A stretch of 64,000 nucleotides of DNA from an uncultured Nitrososphaeraceae archaeon. Its GTDB lineage: Archaea > Thermoproteota > Nitrososphaeria > Nitrososphaerales > Nitrososphaeraceae. The notes beneath the pieces were generated by a model. It did not search any database. It saw only the letters and a program-made list of their open reading frames with translations, and was not told the origin of the DNA. Positions within the stretch are counted from its first letter, which is position 1. Each line of letters begins with the position of its first letter. Where the stretch lies: the NCBI GenBank assembly GCA_963825865.1, contig CAWGVG010000022.1, positions 32,001 through 96,000 on the forward strand, written 5' to 3'. Shown piece after piece: positions 23,673-35,271 of this stretch. The position numbers and the translations under genes were made by a program.

Positions 23673-25072
23673 CTATCCTACTGATCCTTCCATTTCCATT
23701 TTTACAAGTTTGTTCAGCTCTACTGCGTATTCCATCGGTAATTCCTTTGCAAACGGCTCCATGAACCCACCAACGATCAAAGATAGTGCATCAGATTCGG
23801 AAAATCCTCTACTCATCAGATAAAAGATTTGGTCCTCTCCTATTTTCCCTACAGTTGCTTCGTGAGAGATAGTGGCGTCTTCTTCATTTACCTCTACGTA
23901 TGGATATGTATCAGTCCTTGAGTTTTCATCTAACAGTAGCGCATCACATCTAACATTCGACTTTACACCTGTAGCCCCCTTTGCAACATGAAGCAATCCT
24001 CTATATGTTGTTCTACCTGAATCCTTACTAACTGATTTGCTTGTAATTCGCGAAGTTGTATTTGGTGCAAGATGTACTGCCTTGGCCCCTGCATCTTGAT
24101 GTTGACCAGACCAGAAAATGCAACTGATACGACCTCTGCGTGAGCATTCCTTCCCAGCATATAAACACCAGGGTATTTCATAGTTAGTTTGCTTCCAAAA
24201 TTTCCATCAATCCATTCAACTGAAGCATTCTCATACGCATATGCTCTCTTCGTTACTAAATTATACACATCTTTGCTCCAATTTTGGATCGTGGTATATC
24301 TGATCTTGGCACCTTTCTTTGCGATTAATTCAACAACTGCAGAATGTAGTGATTCAGTTGTATAGACTGGTGCAGTACATCCTTCAATATAGTGAACTTC
24401 AGAACCCTCATCTGCAATTATTAAGGTTCTTTCAAATTGGCCGATATTTTCAGCGTTAATTCTAAAATATGCTTGCAGAGGAAGATCAACCTTTACATTT
24501 GGTGGAACATATATGAATGAGCCACCAGACCAAACAGCACTATTCAAGGCTGCAAATTTGTTGTCTTCTGGTGGAATAACCTTTCCGAAATGCTTTCTCA
24601 GAAGTTCCGGATGTTTTTTTACTGCAGTATCTGTGTCAGTAAATATTACACCTTTTTGTTCTAAATCTTCTCTTAAATTGTGATAGACAACTTCCGATTC
24701 GTATTGGGCGCCAACGCCTGCAAGGAATTTTCTTTCTGCTTCTGGAATTCCTAGTTTTTCAAATGTATTTCTTACAGAGTCCGGAACATCATCCCAGCTC
24801 TTGCCTTGCTTCTCAGAAGCCTTGGCGTAGTAGTATATATTCTGAAAGTCAATTTTTGACAAATCGCCGCCCCAATCAGGCATAGGCTTGCTCATAAAAA
24901 CATCATAGGATCTCAGTCTAAAGTCCCTCATCCAGTCGGGCTCACCTTTCATCTTGCTAATCTCTTCAACGGTGCCTCTAGATAGGCCTTTTTTACTTAA
25001 ATAAACATATAATTCTGTAGAGTCCTTAAAGTCGTACTTGCTATAATCCATATTCAGCTTCTCAGTTGTCAT
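23673..25072 (-). CDS. sufB: SufB; frameshifts ~23990-24110
   Basis: [42 protein letters not shown]. Confidence 0.96.
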
Positions 25073-25404
25073 ACTATATATAACGGCGTTATGTATTATA
25101 TATATTTTTGTGTACATTATTTCATATCCATAACAAAGTTATAAGTATCTCGTTAGCTATACTTTATATGTCCCTTTTAGGTGTAATAAGCATGCGATCA
25201 GGCTAACATCTATTGCCAAATATGAGCAAATGAACAGATAGGCTTCAAGATAAAATCAAAAGAGAATCTGTGGATGTAGCAACTCATGGGATTAGAACTC
25301 CAATAGTGCCGATTTTGAACTTAAGCGAGTCTGTTTATAGATCGTGATTTGGCCAATCTGAGCTACAGGTTTTCGGCCTTACTCCAAACGGCTTTGTTTA
25401 CATT

Positions 25405-26541
25405 TTAACGTGTGTGATTATATATAGAAGAGTGTGTCCCACCATAAATTATCTCCTTTATCATTTCAGAATTTAGAAAATCATGAGGAAAACCCAATTC
25501 TATCTTGCTTATTTCATTTAACCTTTGCAATTGCTCATCTGATAATTCATATTTTAGACACGCCAAATTATCCTTTATCTGTGATTCTTTCCTTGAGCCA
25601 ATGATTGGTATTATTTTGCTCTCTCGTGGTAGATTTTGCTGTCTAATCCAATTCAAAGCAACCTGTGCTGGCGTACATCCAATCTCTTTAGCCGTCTTGC
25701 TAACTTCTTCGACAATCAATAAATTTCTCTCATTTAGGAGCGCATTTACTAAATCAGGGGACGTAGACTTGAACATATTTAGCCTACTATTGCCTTCTGC
25801 CACTGCCACAGTTGATGATAACATATTTTGTTGCTGACGTGGTTGTTGTTGTTGTTCTTTGTTCTTGTTATACTTACCTGTAAGAAGACCGTTACCTAAT
25901 GGTGACCACGCTGTCACTCCAATATCCAATGCACTAGCCATTGGCAACAATTCGCGTTCTGGGGTTCTTTCAATTAAACTATATTCAATCTGTAAGCCAG
26001 TAAATTCAGTCCAACCTCTAAGATTTGCAAGAGTATTAGCTTGTGAAACTACCCAAGCTGGAGCGTCAGAGATACCAGCATAGAGAATTTTCCCTGCCTT
26101 TATCATATCATCTAAAGCACGCATCATCTCTTCAACTGGTGTCGTTTGGTCCCATGCATGCACCCAGTAAAGATCTACATAATCCGTATTCAATCTTTGT
26201 AGGCTTGCCTCTAAAGATTGCATCATACTCTTGCGATGATTTCCACCAGCATTAGGATCTCCTCTTCTTGTATTTGATGTATATTTAGTTGCTAAAACAA
26301 ATCGATCTCTGTCAGATGCGATAAATTCACCAATGTATTTTTCGCTTGTACCTTCAGTATATTTGTTAGCAGTATCAATAAAATTACCACCTGCATCTAC
26401 ATACGCATTAAAGATTTTACGACATTCGTCTTTGGATGCACCCCATCCCCACTCTTCGCCAAACGTCATTGCTCCAAGACAGATTTCTGAAACTCGGAGT
26501 CCACTCCTTCCTAATAGATAATACTTCATGAGAAATTTCAC
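25405..26541 (-). CDS. Aldo/keto reductase
   Basis: LGRSGLRVSEICLGAMTFG, FIDTANKY, LATKY, DLYWVH, AWSPL. Confidence 0.93.
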   Translation of the reverse strand: MKFLMKYYLLGRSGLRVSEICLGAMTFGEEWGWGASKDECRKIFNAYVDAGGNFIDTANKYTEGTSEKYIGEFIASDRDRFVLATKYTSNTRRGDPNAGGNHRKSMMQSLEASLQRLNTDYVDLYWVHAWDQTTPVEEMMRALDDMIKAGKILYAGISDAPAWVVSQANTLANLRGWTEFTGLQIEYSLIERTPERELLPMASALDIGVTAWSPLGNGLLTGKYNKNKEQQQQPRQQQNMLSSTVAVAEGNSRLNMFKSTSPDLVNALLNERNLLIVEEVSKTAKEIGCTPAQVALNWIRQQNLPRESKIIPIIGSRKESQIKDNLACLKYELSDEQLQRLNEISKIELGFPHDFLNSEMIKEIIYGGTHSSIYNHTR

Positions 26542-27534
26542 ATGTCGTTATAAATAAAAAGTCTTCCTATCAGAAATATCTCAATTAGTCGATATTTTTT
26601 TTGCTGAAATACAGACCAGTTGATTAATCTATCTATCCATCTCTAATTATCTTTTCCTTACCTACCCTAGTGTTATCTTTATTCTATGCTGATAGCCATA
26701 TGTCAGCGTATTTCAAAAGTGGCGTTTGGCCAAAGACACTGTGAAAATATAAAATGTGTAATGCACTTTAGTAATTCACTAGTGACACAGATATCAAGGA
26801 AAAGAACTTTTGCAAAAGATGTAAGATAGTATTGTAAATCACTAGCATTTCTAGATAAGATTTCTTAGATGTCTCTGTGGGGGAAGGGTACTTTTAACAT
26901 ATGACTGTGACCATCCCATGTGACTGAGTTACATGCTGTAAATAATTTCAATCTCACGGAGACACATACAAAAAAACTACAATCATACTTTTCGTAATTC
27001 TGTAAACAGGATCTGACTTTGTGCGTATTAATTTTCTATTGAGTTCAGTTTGAAATAAGTGGCAACAGAGGAAAGCAGGTAGTAACAAGGAGGTAGCAGG
27101 ACTAACAAATTGGTAACATGTGGTAGCAACTTTATCATTCTTTTTGCATTTTTTCAACCACATTGTAGGTTTACCTGAAAAGATGCTAAAGATATACCTA
27201 TTCGTATCGAATCTTGAAGTTGAACCACAAAAAGTAATTTGTGAGTTTTTTTGTTTGTTTGTACTTTTGAGTCTGCTGAATCATGCGTCAGTATTGAGGT
27301 TGAGGGTACGTGTTATTCAACGTGATTATACTTCCAATATTTGATTAGTTTTTAGCTCCTCTATCCTTAATTGAACTATTTATCGCTTCTAGAGAAAAAT
27401 CTGCATTCTTATAAATAAATGGAAAACAACTCAGATGTTCCTATAAGAATTTAAAATACAAGATGTATTCTCCTGTTTCTAAAATGAAAAATGATTTTCT
27501 ATCTTTTAAATAATTAAAAAACTTTTTATCTCCA

Positions 27535-27936
27535 CTATGGCAAAGTCACATTAAACAACTTCTTTAGTTGGGAGATGTGGTCTGGATTTATATTTGCCCT
27601 AGGCACTCTTTTTATAATCAGTTCCCATGCGTCATAAAAATCCATGCCGAAATACTTTACTAGAACACCAAGTGCAATAGCATTACTGCGAGAGATTCCA
27701 GCTACACAGCATATAACAACCCTGCCGTGTTTTTGAATCAGCTCCCATGCAAGATCAATCTTCTTGTCATAGTCTTCTAGAGAATTAGAGCCATCATCAT
27801 ATAAATCTCGTACATCAGCTACAGGCCATCTGTCATTTGTTATTCCCACAGTTTGATAATCAACGTCTTTTAATTCATGATAACTAAATTCACGTATGCC
27901 TTCTGTGGCTAGCTTATTTTCAATTATCTTGAACAT
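27535..27936 (-). CDS. Dual-specificity (PTP-like) phosphatase
   Basis: CX5R loop CVAGISRS. Confidence 0.85.
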   Translation of the reverse strand: MFKIIENKLATEGIREFSYHELKDVDYQTVGITNDRWPVADVRDLYDDGSNSLEDYDKKIDLAWELIQKHGRVVICCVAGISRSNAIALGVLVKYFGMDFYDAWELIIKRVPRANINPDHISQLKKLFNVTLP

Positions 27937-28010
27937 AGTCAGTCTAACTAGTTATTAATGTCAATAACTGTTTTTGTTTGATAATAAATAAGTAGAGATA
28001 ATTGATGGTA

Positions 28011-28190
28011 GATAAGTTGGCTTCTAACATTGCTATACGTAGGAACATGGCTGGTGTTCATTATCGGAGTGATTATGTTGATTCATTGAAATTAGGTGAG
28101 CAGATTGCAATAAGCATCTTGGAAGATCAGACTTAAGTATAATGAGAATTATAAATTTTCATTTACTGCGTTCAATGTAATGCCAAAGAC
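28011..28190 (+). pseudogene. C-terminal relic of a vanadium-dependent haloperoxidase
   Basis: DKLASNIAIRRNMAGVHYRSDYVDSLKLGEQIAISILEDQ matches the NKLA.NI..GR..AGVH.RSD motif. Confidence 0.75.
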
Positions 28191-28271
28191 GATAGGAAAA
28201 CTATATAAAAAGGGTTCAATAATTATTTGTCTTTTTTCGTTATCATCTATATACCTTCACATATATGCTTT

Positions 28272-28495
28272 TCATCGTTGTTGAGCCATTTTATTATTAT
28301 CGTCATTATCCTCTTTAAAATGAGGAGCAATCGCCTCTGCGACAAGCTTAACTAATTTATCTCTGTTGGGACTTGAGTTTGTCAGGACAATCTCAGTGAA
28401 TCCTAAATTTACATACTTTTGTAATTTTTCCATAGCTTCTTGACCATTTGATACTACAAGTAGCATATTTTCTAATGTATCATCACCAATAACTT
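28272..28495 (-). pseudogene. C-terminal relic of an F420-dependent LLM oxidoreductase
   Basis: VGDDTLENMLLVVS...KYVNLGFTEIVLTNSSP; no N-terminal part. Confidence 0.5.
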
Positions 28496-28530
28496 GTCAT
28501 TATTGTCACTCCGATAACTTATATATCTAA

Positions 28531-28780
28531 CTATCTGTGGCAAAAAGAGATCGAGCCAAGTAATTCATTAAGAAAATGGTTTGGCCACGACCTGAAGAAA
28601 TGGAACGAATTCAAACATCGATATTATAAAGAATTAGATAAGAAAAAAGATTCAATTGGTATCGTTTTCAGGAATGCGAGAGAAGAAAGATCAGTAATCT
28701 TGCTTTATAGTGCAAAAGATGAGAAATTCAACAATGCAGTAGCTTTAAAGGAATATCTTGAAGAGAAGATGAAAAAGTAG
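28531..28780 (+). pseudogene. DUF488/YeaO-family C-terminal fragment
   Basis: LWQKEIEPSNSLRKWFGHD..KWNEFKHRYYKEL...LLYSAKDEKFNNAVALKEYL. Confidence 0.75.
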
Positions 28781-28964
28781 AACATAACCTTAGATTCCAA
28801 CATATAGCCAATCTGTAAGTTATAGATTCTATCTGTAAATTCTCATTCAGCGAGTCTATAAGTCTTCCAGGTTGATGAAAAAGACGACTATCCTGAAGCA
28901 AGTGAAGCCTTCCAAACTTGACCGAAAAGTCTTTAACATTGTTAACGAGTTATTGGTACCAAAA

Positions 28965-29160
28965 ATGACATTAACCTTGAACTGCAAAGATGCAGGAGAA
29001 TCCTGTTTGCACGCATACAATGTATGGAGAAACTGAAGAAGAACTATTGCAAAACGCCAAGAAACATGGTATGGAAGTACATGGCTATACAGAACAATCA
29101 TGGAATGAAGAAGTTGCAAAGAATGGTGAGCATTTCCGCAAGCTAATAAAGAAAAACTAG
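28965..29160 (+). CDS. DUF1059-like small metal-binding protein, frameshifted
   Basis: Close paralog of 56278-56472 (MTLTLNCKDAG...GETEEELLQNAKKHG). Confidence 0.7.
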
Positions 29161-29403
29161 CTAAATCCTTTTTCTTTTTGTTTGTTTGTTTCTGTCTTTT
29201 CACTAAATAATTATCTTATAAAATTGAACTCACTTTGGATCGAGGTTAATATTATATCTAATATTATATCTTTCTACTTAGTTGTCTGTCACATGCATAT
29301 AAAAAGAAACATGAGGTTTGGGTTACAGCACCCAAGCTTTAGTTTCGATTACAGCATACAGATACCTCTCAGGTTGTTGATTCCTTAAAGAGCAGGTACT
29401 AGT

Positions 29404-30090
29404 TAGTTATTTACCAACTTCCTAAATGAACCGTCTTTCAGCTGTGATGATTCCTGCCTCCACCAACGGTCTTTCTCCTAATGCTTTTTCTATTGCTTTG
29501 TTGCTCAATTGAATCGCTTGGTCAGTCCTCATATCTGCACTATATTCTCTCTGGATTACATCAAGGGCAATATCTGAATACTGGCCTATTGCAAAGCCAG
29601 CTCCTCTAAAGAATGTTCCACTTGGGTCTACTTGGTATAGCTGAATCCCTGTTTGGTCTATTCCAGCAATTATTATCGATGCTGCCTGCGGCCTTATCGC
29701 ATATATTGTATAGTTATGCAAGTAAGAACTGAGATGTTTTGCAAGCGAGCTTATGTCTATTGGGCTTTCATAGGTAAGCCTGTGCTTCTGAGCTCCCAAT
29801 CTTATCTCGTCAATTAACTGCAATATATCACCTATGTATCCTGAGCCAGTAGCACCTATATGTCCATCAATTGCAAATATCTTCTCAGCAGGTTCCACTA
29901 AGGGTTTGGTAGGCTTGATGTGGCTAGATATCAATGCAAAGGTTGGTGTTTTTATTCCTATAGTAGTTGAACCTCTACTAACAGCTTCTAAAGCACTATC
30001 TACTAGTACCAGCCTACCTTCAGGGCCGTAGTAGTAAGGGTATCTAGTGTTGTTACCAATACCTCCAGCGCCACCACCCATTTCCGCCAT
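29404..30090 (-). CDS. Divergent proteasome alpha subunit; probable frameshift at the extreme C-terminus
   Basis: GPEGRL, EAVSRGSTTIGIK, EKIFAIDGHIG..GSG, LYQVDPSG, AIG. Confidence 0.88.
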
Positions 30091-30092
30091 TT

Positions 30093-30676
30093 CTAATGAG
30101 TCACCTCCTCTTTAACTACTAACAAGTTTGGCATCACCAGTACATCGATACCATTTCCTGATCCTGGGTCTCGTTCCATTGCTGCTGCTACAGCCTTAGT
30201 GGCGATTTCTTTTGCCTGTTCATTGGTTATATCCTTGTTGTATACACTTTCAAGCACTCCATATGCTATGGGAGAACCCGAGCCAGAAGATGCAAAGTCT
30301 TCACTAGTTATTGCGCCCTCATATCCGCTGCAAATACATGTCCACCTTCTCGGTCCACACCAGCCACTAACAATTCTACGAAGTATGGCTGGTAATTCTT
30401 AAGACCAGAATATGCAAGGTTTGCAATTAGCCTTGCTGATTCCTTTACTGTGAGTGGAAACCCCCTACGCACTCCATTAGCCTCCTTTCAGCTTTTGCAA
30501 CTTTAATCATATACTCCGCATCTGATAGACTGCCCAGCTATCGCTACTGCAAGAGTATCATCTATCTTTGCTATTTTCTGCGTTATCTTTGAACCTATGA
30601 AAAAGCCTTTGCTTGCTCTCTTATCTGATCCAAGTACAACGCCTTCTTTTGTTTTAATGCCAACTATTGTTGTCAT
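30093..30676 (-). CDS. Proteasome beta subunit (absent from the ORF track; several frameshifts)
   Basis: MTTIVGIKTKEGVVLGSDKRASKGFFIGSKITQKI (Thr1/Asp17/Lys33 spacing), SSGSGSPIAYGVLE, ERDPGSGNGIDV. Confidence 0.88.
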
Positions 30677-30899
30677 TCTCTATTTTTCCCTAACTCCTGT
30701 AATACCATAGGAAAGATAAGCATTAATTGACTAGGATTTGCAGAAGTAAGTCACACATATACACATGTAGTAGTGGTGAAATCGCTATTGTGAAGGCCTC
30801 GACATTGGCTATGCTTGGCTCCAAAAGTAATCATGACAAAGGATGACCATCTTTGCTGAGTGTATGTGTCTGCATATATGATAATCATTGCAAACTGTT

Positions 30900-31285
30900 A
30901 GTCACAAACTTTCTCCTGCAGGAATTAATGCCAAATTAATCAAGAAGATTGACTGCGTATTCTCGTTCAGCGATTCTAGGAGTTTCATATCTGTAAGCTT
31001 CAGCATATCAACATCTGGGCTGGCGTTTTTCCGTAGTTCTTTGCTACCGCCAGGATATTTGGGTGGTTAAGCTTCTTACCTATGGGCTGCGGTCTGTAAG
31101 CTTCCAGCTAAATCCTGTTCTTCTCGCAGAAACGTAATAAATCCTCCGGCTATAGAAATGGTTGAAATTCTACCGTTCACTGCAGGCACAACATCAGAGT
31201 TCCAAAGGATCTCTTCCAGCTGGTCTATCGGGTAATCACTCACCCCAATCGCCCTGGCTTTACCCTCATGCAATATCTGAACTTA
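30900..31285 (-). pseudogene. Aldo/keto reductase relic
   Basis: EGKARAIGVSDY, VVPAVN.VEFQPFL across frames. Confidence 0.65.
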
Positions 31286-31501
31286 GCCTGTCATGTCTCT
31301 AGACCAAGCTAACTTGCTAGACCTAGCCTTGCAATGACCAGTGGGATCCACATAGGCCAAACTCAAGAATCAGCAAGAATATGCGTGTATAGTTTGGCTT
31401 TGTATTCCTCTATTCATTTAGCACACAAAGCAATTTAATTTGTAAAGTATAACTGTGACAAATCCTGTCGCACCTTGCCCAGAATCTCTGTTACCTTGTC
31501 A

Positions 31502-31720
31502 TTACTGGTTGTTTTTAAATGACATAGTCGGAGTCATCTTCATCAAGGTGTCTATTGTCTTTATCATCCCTTTGGCCAGGTCTTCTGCAGAGTAGGTTCT
31601 ACTCAACAAATTAAGATATGTCTCTCCAACATTTAAGATATCGTTCTCAGTTAAACCAAGTTGGAAAAGTTTCGTTAGCATGTTACCTACGAAGGGACCA
31701 GCCCCAAGAATCTGCAACAT
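31502..31720 (-). pseudogene. Fragment of an unknown protein
   Basis: Coding-like 72 aa stretch within a decayed region. Confidence 0.3.
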
Positions 31721-32626
31721 ATTTTCTCGCTTCTCCTTGAGTATCTCTTGCCGAGCCTACAGTGATTATTACATTTTCCAATTTATACTTTGAATCATAT
31801 GTCATAGTTGATGCAATAGGAAAATTATGTCAGATAATAATGATAAACAAGAAGAACACGATGAAATGATTCCATTTTTTAGCATCAGCTTCTAGAGACT
31901 TTGATAAAGATCTGATTATTAAACCTGATTTTAACATTCTAGTAGGTTGTACTTTTGGCTCTAAGAGCACTACAAGTCCATGAGTAAAGATTCTTCCTGC
32001 AGTTATCTTTATGAGCTGCCAGACCCATTTTATCTAATTCGTTTGTAAAATGCTGGTTCATGAGTGTTGTTCTTAATTTGAGTCGTCCTGTTTCGTTCTC
32101 TTTATCCAGGCTTTTTATATCGATGCCTATTATTTCTATCTTCTTACGCCAAGAAGAAGTTGATATTGACGCCTATAAGAATAATTCATATTGCGCGACC
32201 TATCTATCCCAATTTGTTACATAGGTAATTTTTAATAATGATCCAAGAAGACGAAAGATGTCCAGTATGTAATCAATGCTTTCCAAATGTTCCTGATCAC
32301 ATCAGCAATGTGCACGGAATTGATATAAACCTGGCAAAGTGGATATTACGATTGCAAGCTAGGATAGAATCCTTGGAAACACATGAGAAAAAATGACATG
32401 TCATATCATCGATTGCCAGATATGTTGAACAATATATGCAATATATATACATGTAAATATATGCATGCCTTATATTGTTTGTATATATATACATTTATAT
32501 ATATATTGAACATACTGCTAGAATTCGTATTGGAAGAGGACCAAATGCAACCAACTTTTGATAATTCATCTATATGTTATTCCAGCATCCCTTCAGTTCA
32601 TTTATTTCTTAAAAATCTTTAGATGG

Positions 32627-32782
32627 TTGGAATGTCTTGGAATCGATTTGGAATGGAAAAAAATATTGGAATGATTTAATGATTACCTCATGTACCTATT
32701 TACTCTTTTCCAAATGCTTTCCAAACAGTTTTCCAAGCTTTTCCAAGGCTTTTTGTTGGAAAAATAATTATTCCAGTTGGAA
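32627..32782. repeat. Phased TTGGAA/TTCCAA hexamer array
   Basis: TTGGAA at 32627, 32637, 32648, 32666, 32756, 32777; TTCCAA at 32708, 32719, 32731, 32741. Confidence 0.75.
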
Positions 32783-34195
32783 AAAATAAAATGTTTACTG
32801 CTAGTATTACTTTAGTTTACATACGGAGTAAAAGTAATACAGAATGACATGTATACTTTAGTAAACTAAATAAAAAATGTAGAGATTATCTATTAATCCC
32901 AATTACTTATGTCTTTATTAGTTCGTCAACCTTTGTCTGGAAGATTCCAATCTTTTGTTCCAGTCAATTCATTTACGATTTTATCCCTATTTTGTTTTTT
33001 CTTTGTCATTTATGTTTTGTTTCACCTCAAGTATTCAATGAATTACCAGTTAGCGACCAGAAGAAATTTCTGTTTCAGCTTTGGAATACAATTATAAAGA
33101 ATTATGAAATGATTCATGGTGCACAACTTTCAAATTCATTTATTCTCTTAATGCTCAATGAAGCCAAGGATGCCAAAGTCCCAGAACTTGGGACTGTGGG
33201 TCTCAGAGAAGAGAGCAGATTATCAAATTTCTAGATACGAAAATTAAAACCATCGAAGAAGATCCTGATGCGAGATGGATTACTACATGGAATCATTACA
33301 TAAGCCGTATAAAATATTTTTTTAGATGGCTCTATAATGCATATAGTAAGAAAAATTCGGAAAGTTTTTCTGCTGCTTCGCACATAATGACCGAATACAA
33401 CAGTAACAACCTTCTATGTATTGTCAAAGGGCGCCGGTACCCCCTTTTGTTGCACTTAGGATTAATTAGAAAGTAACAAAAACTGAACATGTACACCGCC
33501 TCATTCCTCTTTTAACCAAAGAGAGATAGGAAAACCTCTTTTCTGCTGAATGATTGCAACAGTATATAACAAATCTTCTAAAGAGGAAAGAGAAATATTA
33601 TTCAAGTATTCAAAAGGCCATTATCTTCTTGGACAGATTTTCCTTTATCAACAATTTATTCATAATGTAATCTTAGGAAAACCTAAGGATCTTGTAAACT
33701 CTCTCTCTTGATTAGTATTATAATTTCATCTTCTATTGTGTCTTTGTGTGGTACTTGTGGCAATAGTCTCCTGATGGTAACTTCGGTTGTGATGATAATG
33801 GAAAGAGATGAGGAGGACAATCAGGCTACAGTTTGACAGTCATTTTACCATCTGCATCCATTCGGTAAGCCAGTGAATATACGGATAACAACGGCAAATG
33901 GATATACAGACTTTATGATTATGCTTGATTTTTATCGCCAAGGTTGTTGCTTGAGTAGTGATTCTTGATTGCAACAGAAGAACAGATATCAAACATGAGT
34001 CTATCTTTTCCTTTATGTCTTTATATTTTAATGGAAACAAACAAATGCAAATTTCCTATGATATGGTAACGGATCATGAACCCGAAACATTTAACGTTGA
34101 TATTCTGATTGGCCATGAGTTGGGCATATCTGAATCTTATTGGCTCATACAAAGAAGTATGTGCACAGTCTATTGACAATAAATGGAGTGGCTTT

Positions 34196-34933
34196 TTACT
34201 CTACCACTCTTCTATTTCCCCTTTTTTTGCCACCCAGTTTTGCAATAGATAATTTTTGTAATTTGGGCATTCTTAAATCTGCTGGCATTTCCTTGTCTCC
34301 ATAATATGGTACTATGTTATGTTTAGATACTTGGCTTCTAAAGCGTATAGGAAGTCCATGCCATACTGGATTTTGGCCATATAATTTGTTCAAAGACTTT
34401 ATAGCCATATCTGTTGTTGCAGACATATCATTTGATGACTTCACTAGTGCTATTGTTGCACCTGCAAGTATATGCGCCGCATAAACCGTTTGTCCATCTG
34501 GACCTGGCTCTAATGATGGTTCGGTTCCATCTAGCAAATTATTGGTAATTCTTGTCGTCAAGACTTCATCTACATTAGCCCAAGTATTTACATCTGATAA
34601 AGCATGGCCACCCAAAGTTAGCAGAAGTGAATTAGCAATTGTTTCACCCACTATCTTTATAGTTTCACGCATTTGTTTATAAGGAACTGCAACATCGATA
34701 TGCCATTGGCCATCTAGGTTTTGAGAAACAAGGTAAAATCCGCTTTTATTTTCTATGTATTTATCAGCTATACTTTCAATCACATCAGCCCATTTATTTG
34801 CAATATTGACATCCAATTCCTTAGTATTGCATATAACATCTGCAACTAAAAATATCCTAAGACCATCTATTGGATGAACATCGCCTGATGGACCTGCTGT
34901 TATGAGCTTTCCTCCTCTAAGCGGAATTAACAA
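34196..34933 (-). CDS. Hypothetical protein
   Basis: 245 aa uninterrupted ORF of globular composition; start uncertain. Confidence 0.65.
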   Translation of the reverse strand: MLIPLRGGKLITAGPSGDVHPIDGLRIFLVADVICNTKELDVNIANKWADVIESIADKYIENKSGFYLVSQNLDGQWHIDVAVPYKQMRETIKIVGETIANSLLLTLGGHALSDVNTWANVDEVLTTRITNNLLDGTEPSLEPGPDGQTVYAAHILAGATIALVKSSNDMSATTDMAIKSLNKLYGQNPVWHGLPIRFRSQVSKHNIVPYYGDKEMPADLRMPKLQKLSIAKLGGKKRGNRRVVE

Positions 34934-35271
34934 GGCTGCCTAGACTAATAGAAAGATTAAATTATCTTATCTCTTTTATTCTCTCCTCTCCTAATTCATC
35001 TTTGTCTTCATAATCAGATTCAGGCTGTATGTGAGGGATATCGAGCGAAGACAAACCCGCATATTGTCATGGTTTCTGCACCATACAAACCATTTGATGT
35101 ATTAGAACAAATAGAGATCCAAATTCTATATTCAAAAAATTATCATATCATTATTCAGTCGGATTAGGTAAGGACGTCAAGAACTATATATCAAATATTG
35201 AAATTGATATATTCCACACACCTTAAGTTATTTAGATCTTTTTTAGGATAGCAGTGTTGTAAACCTGGTTA

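Noticed and set aside
26950-27360. KLIKYWK as a nucleotidyltransferase (CBASS-like) relic
   Set aside because: Preceded by a stop codon, with no other motif support.
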